DNA of 32,000 nucleotides from positions 1,290,001 through 1,322,000 of the forward strand of contig NC_015913.1 in assembly GCF_000270205.1 (NCBI RefSeq), read 5' to 3'. Below are positions 9,533 to 17,851 of this stretch, piece by piece. Each line of letters opens with the position of its first letter. Position 1 is the stretch's first letter. The translations under genes and the position numbers were made by a program. The notes under the pieces are model-generated. The model did no database searches. It was not told the origin of the DNA and was given only the letters and a program-made list of their open reading frames with translations. Source of the DNA: Candidatus Arthromitus sp. SFB-mouse-Japan (GTDB lineage Bacteria > Bacillota > Clostridia > Clostridiales > Clostridiaceae).

Positions 9533-9567
9533 AAACCAAATTAAAGAGTACCTCCTTAATTTGGTTT
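9533..9567. terminator. bidirectional hairpin at the convergent junction DUF378 gene / HprK-like gene
   Basis: Perfect 12-bp stem, aaaccaaattaa (9533-9544) pairing with ttaatttggttt (9556-9567), with an 11-nt loop. The right arm encodes the last codons (KPN-stop) of the minus-strand gene. The stem is AT-rich and the loop long, so its strength is uncertain. Confidence 0.55.
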
Positions 9568-11310
9568 ATTTCTTATTAAATCAAATAAATCTAATGCTGC
9601 ATTCTTAGGACCATCTTTTTCCATACCATCTATAGCTAGACAAGTCTTAAGTTCTCCTACCTTTACCTCAAATTCAAACATCTTTTCAAAATATTTATTA
9701 AGTAAAATATCTGTTTCGTTTTGTTTTTGCATAGGTCCAAATGGATTTGCAAAATAAGAAGATACCAATCCCTTTTCATGTGTTGTACCTTTTGCAAATC
9801 TATTACCATCTCTAAATATTTTTATTATATCTTTTATTTTATCCTTACTATATAATTTAATCGTACTACCACTTGCTTTTTCATAATTATTTGCATATAG
9901 AATAAAATCAATTTTGTTGCCCATTATAATATCACGATAGCTAGAAACAGGCATAACAAGTCTTGCATTAGTTTTATCTGGATTCATAAATATGCTTCTA
10001 TCAATTTCCTTAAATGCATACCCCTGATCTAAATCATCAAGTCTTACAAAAGCCCCTATTTCAGTACCATACCCATAAATTCCATCTTGAGCAATCTTTA
10101 AAACTCCCATATCATCAAATATTACTGTCATGTCAGAAATATATTCTTCCCCAAGGCTCCTAAAAGCTTCAAGTGATTCTGATTTACCAGCCCCTGAATC
10201 TCCAACAATTACAATATTTGATGATGTTCCATCTTTTAAAGTTATAGAAACCATAGCTCCATGAATTGGTAGATATCCCCTTTTAATCATAACCAAATTA
10301 TGAAGTGTTAAAGTCATCTTTTTTAAATATCCAAAATAATCAACATCTTTGCTATAAGTAACGAGTCCCACCATCATATTATTTTCTCTATCATCATAAA
10401 AAACTGTTTTATGCTCAATTTTCTTATCTATAGTCAAGTCTTCTGCACCATAAACATACATTATATCTGGATTTCTTCCAACATACTCATCCCTATTTGA
10501 CATTTCAAATAAATTAGATAATGCTATCCCATTAGCCATAAAATCTTTATGAAAATAAATAAATGCCAAAAGTTCCCCAACCTTCGCAGGATAGCAAAAC
10601 CAATTTTCATTATCTATTTCACAGTTCCTAAACGGATTCTCAAATACTTCCGTAAAAGATCCACTCCTTGTATTTTTAGTTGGATATGAAATAAACGGAG
10701 TTTCTAATGAAATTGTATCTATAAATTTTATATCTTTGACCAATTCATAATTATCTAATTTCCAACTGTAATCATTCAATACAATAGATGCATTATTACC
10801 TGACTTTAATTGCCTATAAACCAATGGTACTTTTGATGTAACAGAGTTTTTTACTTTACGATAAAGTTGCATTATTAAATTCGTAAATTTTGAATTAGCA
10901 TCGACAAACCCAAGTTTTATAATTCCATCCCCAACAGAAGTTTGAGTGAGTATTGTATACCTCTCAAGTTTTATCCAGTAAGAATAAAAGTCTTCTATAA
11001 AATTATCAAAACTATATTTATCCTCAAGAAGATGACAATATCTAACCCTCATATTGATAACCTCTTCTCTCTCAAATATAGTTAAAAGTTCTAATATTTT
11101 TATAAGAGACATAACAAATTCATCTAAATCTTCTATCCCTCTTAAAAAATACTTGTATATACTATCTTTTCTAGTTATCTTCTTATTTAAATAGTGAGTC
11201 AATACCTTTTTAAATCCATTGCTCTCAAGTACATCTTCAAACGTACTACAATACTTTTTAGTAAAATTCATCATTACTTTATCATTGCTTATAGAAAATT
11301 CTTTAATCAT
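9556..11310 (-). CDS. uncharacterised protein with a C-terminal HPr-kinase/PEPCK-like P-loop domain
   Basis: LPIHGAMVSITLKDGTSSNIVIVGDSGAGKSESLEAF...VIFDDMGVL closely mirrors the HprK pattern (hG..v.v.G.gvLi.GdSGiGKSE...l.aDD). The N-terminal ~330 aa have no motif I recognise. Start moved from the track position 11358 to ATG 11310, which has GGAGG 8 nt upstream; the gene begins 22 nt after the plsC stop. Confidence 0.8.
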   Translation of the reverse strand: MIKEFSISNDKVMMNFTKKYCSTFEDVLESNGFKKVLTHYLNKKITRKDSIYKYFLRGIEDLDEFVMSLIKILELLTIFEREEVINMRVRYCHLLEDKYSFDNFIEDFYSYWIKLERYTILTQTSVGDGIIKLGFVDANSKFTNLIMQLYRKVKNSVTSKVPLVYRQLKSGNNASIVLNDYSWKLDNYELVKDIKFIDTISLETPFISYPTKNTRSGSFTEVFENPFRNCEIDNENWFCYPAKVGELLAFIYFHKDFMANGIALSNLFEMSNRDEYVGRNPDIMYVYGAEDLTIDKKIEHKTVFYDDRENNMMVGLVTYSKDVDYFGYLKKMTLTLHNLVMIKRGYLPIHGAMVSITLKDGTSSNIVIVGDSGAGKSESLEAFRSLGEEYISDMTVIFDDMGVLKIAQDGIYGYGTEIGAFVRLDDLDQGYAFKEIDRSIFMNPDKTNARLVMPVSSYRDIIMGNKIDFILYANNYEKASGSTIKLYSKDKIKDIIKIFRDGNRFAKGTTHEKGLVSSYFANPFGPMQKQNETDILLNKYFEKMFEFEVKVGELKTCLAIDGMEKDGPKNAALDLFDLIRNKPN

Positions 11311-11332
11311 AGTAATTGCCTCCATATAAAAT

Positions 11333-12058
11333 TTATTTAAGCTGCTTATATACCTCATTCATTCTATCACGAACTATAACATGTAAATTTCTAAGTTCAT
11401 CAGAATCTAAAGAGTGTATGTCTATAGGATCTAGTATACGAACTTTTACGTTTCCATCTCTAATCATATTATTATTATCTTCATAAATCTCCCTAGTACC
11501 ATACAACACCATCGGAAGAATTTTTACCCCAGATTTAAAAGCAAGTTTAAAACTACCTTTTTTAAATTCCTCAATTCGTCCTGTATTATTCCTCTTTCCT
11601 TCTGGAAACACACACATACTGGTTCCACTTTTTAATACTTCAATTCCCCTATTTAACTCAATTATAGAAGACCTATTATTATTTCTATCAATAAAGATAG
11701 ATCCAGCAGTCCTCAACCACTCACTAAATATTGGAACTCTTGATAATTCAATTTTTGAAACAAAACAAATTGGCTTAGGAAAAGATTTTATTACAGTTGC
11801 AATATCTGCTATTCCTAAATGATTCGAAACAACTAAATACGTTTCATTTAAGTTAATTTTATCTTGTCCAATAATATCAAAATCTATTTTCGCACTTTTA
11901 TAAAATATTTCTGAAAATAATTTACAGGATTTTGTAAATAACTTAGTAAATTTTTCACTATCATTGTACTTTTTAGACTTCTTAAAACTCCTTAAATTTA
12001 AAGTCATAAAAATATAATATTTCACATAAGCAGTCCAATAAAAAAGTATTTTATACAA
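11333..12058 (-). CDS. plsC: 1-acyl-sn-glycerol-3-phosphate acyltransferase
   Basis: 241 aa with an N-terminal hydrophobic segment, the NHLGIAD (HX4D) motif and the FPEGKRN (FPEGTR-like) motif. The start is TTG at 12058, with GAGGGA 6 nt upstream. Confidence 0.9.
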   Translation of the reverse strand: MYKILFYWTAYVKYYIFMTLNLRSFKKSKKYNDSEKFTKLFTKSCKLFSEIFYKSAKIDFDIIGQDKINLNETYLVVSNHLGIADIATVIKSFPKPICFVSKIELSRVPIFSEWLRTAGSIFIDRNNNRSSIIELNRGIEVLKSGTSMCVFPEGKRNNTGRIEEFKKGSFKLAFKSGVKILPMVLYGTREIYEDNNNMIRDGNVKVRILDPIDIHSLDSDELRNLHVIVRDRMNEVYKQLK

Positions 12059-12220
12059 GTTTTATCCCTCGCATTTTCTTTTTAAAAATATTTATTTTTA
12101 TATTATATTAATTAGATATTAATTTTTACAAGTAATTTTTTATTTTGTTTTCAATGAATAATTTAATATAAACTATGAAAAAATTTTTAAAAATATACTA
12201 AATATATACGAGGTAAAGTT

Positions 12221-13057
12221 ATGAAAAAGATAAAAAAATTCTTACTCTTTATACTACTTCTTTTTCTTATTTCATGTTCAAATAAAAATACAAAAGACTC
12301 CTTCAATCTCTTCTTTTTCGATGTTAATCAAGGAGATTCTAGTTTAATCAACTATAAAAATGTATCAATTTTAATTGATACAGGAGAAAAAGAATTTATT
12401 GATAATATTATAGACATTATCAAATCTAAGAATATCAAAACGCTTGATTATGTAATACTCACACATGATCATTCTGATCATTCATCTGGATTCCCTAAAA
12501 TTTACAAAAATTTTAAAATAAATAATATAATCTTACCTGAAATTCTTAAAGATGAAACTTTTAATGAAGTTAAATCTTTAATAAAAGGTTCCGAAACTAA
12601 ATTATTATACATTAACAAACCAACCACACTAACCATAAAAGATGATTTTACTATCAAATTCCTACGTGATTTTTCCAAACCTATAGAAGAATTCAACGAT
12701 TCATCCCTTGTATTCCAAGCTTCAGTCAAAAATTTTGATGTTTTATACACTGGTGATATTGAAGAGAATGGACAACTTGATATTTTGAACATGAACATAG
12801 AAAGTGAAATATTGAAGGTACCTCATCATGGAGCCTATAATAATGATAAAAATAATGTCAAAAAATTTATTGAAAAAGTTAATCCTTATATATCTATCAT
12901 TAGCGTTGGAAATAATTCATATGGACATCCCAATAAAAACACTCTAAATATCTTAAATGATATAAATTCTAAAATATTAAGAACAGATGAACTTGGAACT
13001 ATTATTATAAACTGTGATCTTAAAAATAATACACTAAGCATAAATACAATTATTTAG
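12221..13057 (+). CDS. lipoprotein with a metallo-beta-lactamase fold, ComEC C-terminal-domain-like
   Basis: Signal peptide with lipobox (LLFLISC), then FFDVNQGDS...THDHSDH (HxHxDH) ...HHG...GHP, the arrangement seen in the MBL domain of ComEC/Rec2. There is no ComEC membrane-channel region. Confidence 0.85.
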   Translation: MKKIKKFLLFILLLFLISCSNKNTKDSFNLFFFDVNQGDSSLINYKNVSILIDTGEKEFIDNIIDIIKSKNIKTLDYVILTHDHSDHSSGFPKIYKNFKINNIILPEILKDETFNEVKSLIKGSETKLLYINKPTTLTIKDDFTIKFLRDFSKPIEEFNDSSLVFQASVKNFDVLYTGDIEENGQLDILNMNIESEILKVPHHGAYNNDKNNVKKFIEKVNPYISIISVGNNSYGHPNKNTLNILNDINSKILRTDELGTIIINCDLKNNTLSINTII

Positions 13058-13120
13058 TATTTAACGTTTTATTTTTTTTGTGTATAATTCTTATATAAAT
13101 TTTTATGGAGGTAATGCTAT

Positions 13121-14557
13121 ATGGTAAGAACACGTTTTGCTCCAAGCCCTACTGGATATATGCACATCGGAAATCTAAGAACGGCTTTATATACATATTT
13201 GATTGCTAAAAAAGAAAATGGTAAATTCATTTTAAGAATTGAAGATACAGATACCGAAAGACTTGTTGAAGGAGCAATCGAAATAATTCTTAATGTTTTA
13301 AAAGATACCGGTCTTAATTACGACGAAGGACCTGATGTCCCAGGTAATTATGGACCTTATATACAAAGTGAACGTAAACATTTATACGAAGAATATGCTG
13401 AAAAATTGGTAAAAGATGGCCATGCTTATTATTGTTTCTGCACAAATGATAGACTATCAAAATTAAGAGAAGAATCAAGTAAAAAAAATGAAATATTTAA
13501 ATATGATAAACATTGTCTCCATTTAACTAATGAAGAAATTAAAGAAAATCTATCCAAAAAAATTCCTTATGTAATAAGACAAAATAACCCAACTCATGGT
13601 GTTACTACATTCAACGATATTTTGTACGGTGAAATTAGTGTTCCAAACTACGAACTTGAAGATATGATACTTCTTAAAACTGATAAAATGCCAACGTATA
13701 ACTTTGCAAATGTAATTGATGATCACTTAATGGAAATTACACACATAGTTAGAGGAAAAGAATATCTTTCATCTGCACCAAAATACCAAAGACTTTATGA
13801 AGCATTTTCTTGGAAAGTACCAACATACATACATTGTCCTCATATCATGAAGAATGAAACAGAAAAACTTTCAAAAAGAAATGGAGATGCCTCATACAAT
13901 GATTTAATATCCAAAGGATATTTAAGTGTGGCAATACTAAATTATATTGCTCTGCTTGGATGGAGTCCTGAAAATAATGAAGAATTTTTCACTCTAGATG
14001 AACTTATCGATAATTTCAATTATAAAAACATATCAAAATCATCATCAATATTTGATATTAAAAAACTTACTTGGATGAATTCTGAATACATCAAAAAAAT
14101 GAATAAAGATAAATTTTATAATATAGCAACTAAATATTTAAAAAATCTTCCTCCTCAAATAGATAAAAAACTACTGTGTGAAATGATTCAAAATAGAATT
14201 GAAATATTATCCCAAATTCCTGAAATGATAGACTTTTTAATACATATTCCAGATTATGATTTAAGCATTTTTGAACATAAAAAGATGAAAACTACTATTG
14301 AAACATCTAAAAATATTTTAAAAGACGTACTTCCTATTTTTAGAAATACAAATGATTATTCTATAGAAAATTTAAATTCACTAATCAATAACTATATAAA
14401 AGATAATTCTTATAAAAATGGTTTTGTATTATGGCCAATAAGATGTGCATTATCTGGTAAAAATTCAAGTCCTGGTGGTGCTACAGAGCTTGCCTACCTA
14501 CTTAAAAAGGAAGAAACATTAAATAGACTAGAAAATGCAATAAACAAATTATCATGA
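13121..14557 (+). CDS. gltX: glutamate--tRNA ligase
   Basis: [24 protein letters not shown] (HIGH region), KLSKR (KMSKS region), 478 aa. GGAGG lies 9 nt upstream. Confidence 0.96.
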   Translation: MVRTRFAPSPTGYMHIGNLRTALYTYLIAKKENGKFILRIEDTDTERLVEGAIEIILNVLKDTGLNYDEGPDVPGNYGPYIQSERKHLYEEYAEKLVKDGHAYYCFCTNDRLSKLREESSKKNEIFKYDKHCLHLTNEEIKENLSKKIPYVIRQNNPTHGVTTFNDILYGEISVPNYELEDMILLKTDKMPTYNFANVIDDHLMEITHIVRGKEYLSSAPKYQRLYEAFSWKVPTYIHCPHIMKNETEKLSKRNGDASYNDLISKGYLSVAILNYIALLGWSPENNEEFFTLDELIDNFNYKNISKSSSIFDIKKLTWMNSEYIKKMNKDKFYNIATKYLKNLPPQIDKKLLCEMIQNRIEILSQIPEMIDFLIHIPDYDLSIFEHKKMKTTIETSKNILKDVLPIFRNTNDYSIENLNSLINNYIKDNSYKNGFVLWPIRCALSGKNSSPGGATELAYLLKKEETLNRLENAINKLS

Positions 14558-14561
14558 AAAT

Positions 14562-14597
14562 AAAGAGGACTTACAAATCATCTTGTAAGTCCTCTTT
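14562..14597. terminator. bidirectional hairpin at the convergent junction gltX / exonuclease-like gene
   Basis: Perfect 15-bp stem, aaagaggacttacaa (14562-14576) pairing with ttgtaagtcctcttt (14583-14597), with a 6-nt loop. It starts 5 nt after the gltX stop. The stem encodes the C-terminus EDLQDDL-stop of the minus-strand gene. Confidence 0.7.
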
Positions 14598-15263
14598 AAT
14601 ATCTAAAATATATTTTTCAATCTTTTTCCATCTAACGTATATATAAAACAAATTAACTACATCATCTAAATTATAGTTTAATATCTTTTTAACCTTATCT
14701 TCTGGTATCCTATTTATATAATCATAATCTTTGACAATCTTTGCAAATGTCTTAGCAATAGTAACTCCACTCATAAGTTCATTTTTTCTATCAATACCAG
14801 CTATCTTTTCTAAATTTTTAAGACCTATGTTATCTTTATTATTTGAAATTTTAGAAAATTCCTTCTGTAAATCAATCTCTTCAAAATAATTCTTTATATC
14901 AAAATCCACATTATACTGATTAAAAAGATAATTTATAACAGTAAAATCATTATTTCCAGAAAACGTTATAATATATTTTTTACTAAATTCTAAATACATC
15001 TTCTTAAAATAATCTTTTGCCAGCAAAAGCAAAGTATGTATTTCATATTTGTTTTCTATCATATACTGAGTAACCTTCAATTTCTTAAGGTCATCATCAT
15101 AATAGCAACACCCAAAAACTCCTATACAAATAGGTTTCTTATACACATAGTGTTCCAAATCAAAATAAATAGCATGTTTATACACCTCAATATCTACATC
15201 TCCATTCAAAACACTATCTATGTCAAATTCCTCAACATCGCAATACTGCTCCAATATCCTCAT
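14571..15263 (-). CDS. RNase H-like / DEDD-type exonuclease domain protein (YprB-like)
   Basis: 230 aa with YFDLE (ExoI-like D-x-E), FSGNNDFTVINYL (ExoII-like) and YNLDDVVNL (ExoIII-like) motifs in the expected order. Confidence 0.7.
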   Translation of the reverse strand: MRILEQYCDVEEFDIDSVLNGDVDIEVYKHAIYFDLEHYVYKKPICIGVFGCCYYDDDLKKLKVTQYMIENKYEIHTLLLLAKDYFKKMYLEFSKKYIITFSGNNDFTVINYLFNQYNVDFDIKNYFEEIDLQKEFSKISNNKDNIGLKNLEKIAGIDRKNELMSGVTIAKTFAKIVKDYDYINRIPEDKVKKILNYNLDDVVNLFYIYVRWKKIEKYILDIKEDLQDDL

Positions 15264-15427
15264 AAAAATTACCGCTCATTTCTCTTCACAGATTACCTTT
15301 ACTATTATAAAATTAAGATAATAATAAAACAATATAAATTTAAAATATTTAATTTGTATTATATCTACATTATTAAAATATATTTGTTAATTATAAAACT
15401 TTTTTATTTTATTATACGGAGGATTAT

Positions 15428-15664
15428 ATGAAAAATTTTAATAAAATATTAGTTGGTGAATCATATAAAATTGAAGATATATTATGCGATACTCCTATAA
15501 AAAAACGTCTTAATTCACTCGGTATATTAAAAAACTCCTCTATCGTTATATACGAGAAAATACCATTAGGTGGCCCTATAATAATTAATGTTAATGGATG
15601 CAACATAGCATTAGAAAAAAAAATATTCAATACTCTAATTCTTAATAAACATATAGGAGAATAA
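15428..15664 (+). CDS. feoA: ferrous iron transport protein A
   Basis: 78 aa, FeoA-sized SH3-like protein (L..l..Ge...I......l..RL..lGi..g..i). It sits directly upstream of feoB. The RBS is GGAGG. Confidence 0.88.
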   Translation: MKNFNKILVGESYKIEDILCDTPIKKRLNSLGILKNSSIVIYEKIPLGGPIIINVNGCNIALEKKIFNTLILNKHIGE

Positions 15665-15668
15665 TTTT

Positions 15669-17432
15669 ATGAAATGTTCTTTGATCGGAAATCCAAATGT
15701 TGGTAAAACAACTATATTTAATATATTAACAAGATCAAATCAAAAAATTGGTAACTATCCTGGTGTAACAGTTCAAAAAAAGGTGGGTAAAATAAAAGAT
15801 AATATAGAATTAATAGATCTTCCTGGCATATATTCTTTAGACTCACTTTCGATTGAAGAAAAAATATCACTTGAATATCTAAAAACCGAAAAACCCGATT
15901 TAATTATAAATGTTATCGACTCATCAAATTTATATAGAAATTTATTTTTAACCCTACAATTAAAAAGTTTTAATATTCCTATGATATTAGTTCTTAACAT
16001 GATTGATATTGCAGAGAAAAATAATATAATAATAGACACTAATAAGCTATCCCTACAATTTAATTGTAAAATATTTGCTATTAATGGAAATAAAAAAAGT
16101 AGCACAAAATCTCTTAAAAATTTTATTGAAAATTATCAACCTATAAATATTAAAAACGACGAAATCAATAAAGATGAATCATATGATAAAATTTATGAAG
16201 AAATAGATTCAATTTTAAAATCCTGTCTTAAAAACAATAAATATATAGGAAAAAATAAATCCGAATATATAGATAAAATCATTTTAAACAAGTATTTATC
16301 ATTACCAATACTTATCATAATTTTCTATTTAGTATTTAAAATAACCTTCTCTTGGGTTGGCGGACCTTTATCAGATATATTTTCTAATTTGATATCAAAT
16401 AAATTTATTCCAACAATTGAAAATTTACTATTATCTTCATCAAACCTAACTAAATCATTTATATTAGATGGTATTATAAGTGCAGTTTCTACTATTATAT
16501 CTTTTCTTCCAATAATACTATCAATGTTTATATGTTTAACATTTTTAGAAAGTTGTGGTTATATAGCAAGATCTGCAGTTTTATTAGATCGATTTATGGG
16601 TATATTCGGACTATCTGGTAAAGCATTTTTACCTATGCTTATGAGTTTCGGATGTACTGTTCCTGCTATAATGGCAACTCGTACATTTGAAAATGACAAC
16701 GATAGAAAAACTTCTATATTTCTATTACCTCTCATAAGTTGTAGTGCACGACTGCCTGTTTTCTTATTATTCACAAACATATTTTTTAAAGAACATAGAG
16801 AGATTGTAATATTGTTCCTATATGTACTAAGCATTATTCTTGCTATAATTATTGGTCTCATAATGAAATCATTTTCTAAAAAGAATTATTCAGGAGAAGT
16901 TTTTATTTTAGAACTTCCGAATTATAAACTTCCCTCCCTATCGTATATTTTTAAAGAATCTCTAAATAAAATTTCTTCATTCTTTAAAAAAATAGGTACC
17001 CTTATACTATCAATATCAATAATAATTTGGTTTTTATCTAATTTTAATATTTATGGATTTTGTTCTGTTGAAGATAGTTTCTTATACTCTATAGGTACAT
17101 ATATTTCAAAAATATTTACCCCACTAGGATTTGGTTTTTGGCAAGCAGCCGTGTCACTAATAACTGGATTAATGGCAAAAGAATTTATAATAAGTTCTAT
17201 GGGAGTTGCATTCGGATTAAATTTACATGAAATCCTTCCAACATTTTTCAGTGTACAATCATCAATATCTTTCTTAGTTTTCGTACTATTATATACACCT
17301 TGTATTTCTGTATTGTCTACAGTAAAACATGAATATGGAATGAAACTTACAATTATATTAACAATATATCAATTCCTATTAGCATACTCCGTATCATTTT
17401 TTGTATTTAATATTATAAATTTATTTTGGTGA
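15669..17432 (+). CDS. feoB: ferrous iron transport protein B
   Basis: N-terminal G-domain GNPNVGKTTIFN...DLPG...NMID, followed by a polytopic membrane domain. 587 aa. Confidence 0.95.
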   Translation: MKCSLIGNPNVGKTTIFNILTRSNQKIGNYPGVTVQKKVGKIKDNIELIDLPGIYSLDSLSIEEKISLEYLKTEKPDLIINVIDSSNLYRNLFLTLQLKSFNIPMILVLNMIDIAEKNNIIIDTNKLSLQFNCKIFAINGNKKSSTKSLKNFIENYQPINIKNDEINKDESYDKIYEEIDSILKSCLKNNKYIGKNKSEYIDKIILNKYLSLPILIIIFYLVFKITFSWVGGPLSDIFSNLISNKFIPTIENLLLSSSNLTKSFILDGIISAVSTIISFLPIILSMFICLTFLESCGYIARSAVLLDRFMGIFGLSGKAFLPMLMSFGCTVPAIMATRTFENDNDRKTSIFLLPLISCSARLPVFLLFTNIFFKEHREIVILFLYVLSIILAIIIGLIMKSFSKKNYSGEVFILELPNYKLPSLSYIFKESLNKISSFFKKIGTLILSISIIIWFLSNFNIYGFCSVEDSFLYSIGTYISKIFTPLGFGFWQAAVSLITGLMAKEFIISSMGVAFGLNLHEILPTFFSVQSSISFLVFVLLYTPCISVLSTVKHEYGMKLTIILTIYQFLLAYSVSFFVFNIINLFW

Positions 17433-17436
17433 TAAA

Positions 17437-17583
17437 ATGGAAAAATTAATTATAATAACAATAGTTACCTTAAGTTTTATTCATGTTTTAAAAACAATTT
17501 TTAAAAAAGATACTTCTTGCAAAAATTGTAATAAATCCTGTAAAAAAAATGATATAATAACAAAAGTTGAAAAAAAGAGATAA
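17437..17583 (+). CDS. FeoB-associated Cys-rich small membrane protein
   Basis: Not in the ORF track. ATG at 17437 lies 4 nt after the feoB stop. It encodes MEKLIIITIVTLSFIHVLKTIFKKDTSCKNCNKSCKKNDIITKVEKKR (48 aa): one TM helix followed by C-x2-C-x3-C, the pattern and position of the FeoB-associated Cys-rich family. Confidence 0.75.
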   Translation: MEKLIIITIVTLSFIHVLKTIFKKDTSCKNCNKSCKKNDIITKVEKKR

Positions 17584-17764
17584 AATTTATAAACAATTCA
17601 TGAGGCATTTTATATACCTAAAAATATCATAAATACTAAATTAAAATTTTTTAGCATTTAATTATTCCACAACTTCCACATATTTATTCACATATTTTCG
17701 TTAGTATATTGTTATAATCTATCAAATTCAAATATCTATCCTATGTTTTTAGGTTAAAATAACT

Positions 17765-17803
17765 AAGTTATACACATTATGTTGTTAACTATGTGTATAA
17801 CTT
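17765..17803. terminator. hairpin in the convergent spacer between the feo operon and the GH94 gene
   Basis: Perfect 13-bp stem, aagttatacacat (17765-17777) pairing with atgtgtataactt (17791-17803), with a 13-nt loop and T-rich flanks on both strands. It is AT-rich with a large loop, so it is weaker than the other hairpins. Confidence 0.45.
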
Positions 17804-17851
17804 TATATTATTCATGTTAATATATGTTGATATTTAAAATAAACTTATTTT

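Noticed and set aside
12502-12798. Track ORF, 98 aa, minus strand.
   Set aside because: It is antisense to the MBL lipoprotein gene, which carries HxHxDH in the plus frame.
13058-13120. T-box or riboswitch leaders upstream of gltX, argS or the aro operon.
   Set aside because: The leaders are far too short: 63 nt before gltX, argS directly abuts trmB, and 180 nt are shared between aroF and nrdJ. No specifier or antiterminator-like GC-containing structure is visible.
15317-15330. Possible Fur box (GATAATAATAAAAC) upstream of feoA.
   Set aside because: Only the left half-site resembles TGATAAT. The right half matches about 4 of 7 positions. This is indistinguishable from background in this AT-rich spacer.
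15036-15630. Track ORFs 15036-15431 (+) and 15424-15630 (-).
   Set aside because: The first is antisense to the exonuclease-like gene and runs through the AT-rich intergenic region (I/Y/F/K low complexity). The second is antisense to feoA.
15773-16861. Track ORFs 15773-16105 and 16559-16861 (minus).
   Set aside because: They are antisense shadow frames within feoB.
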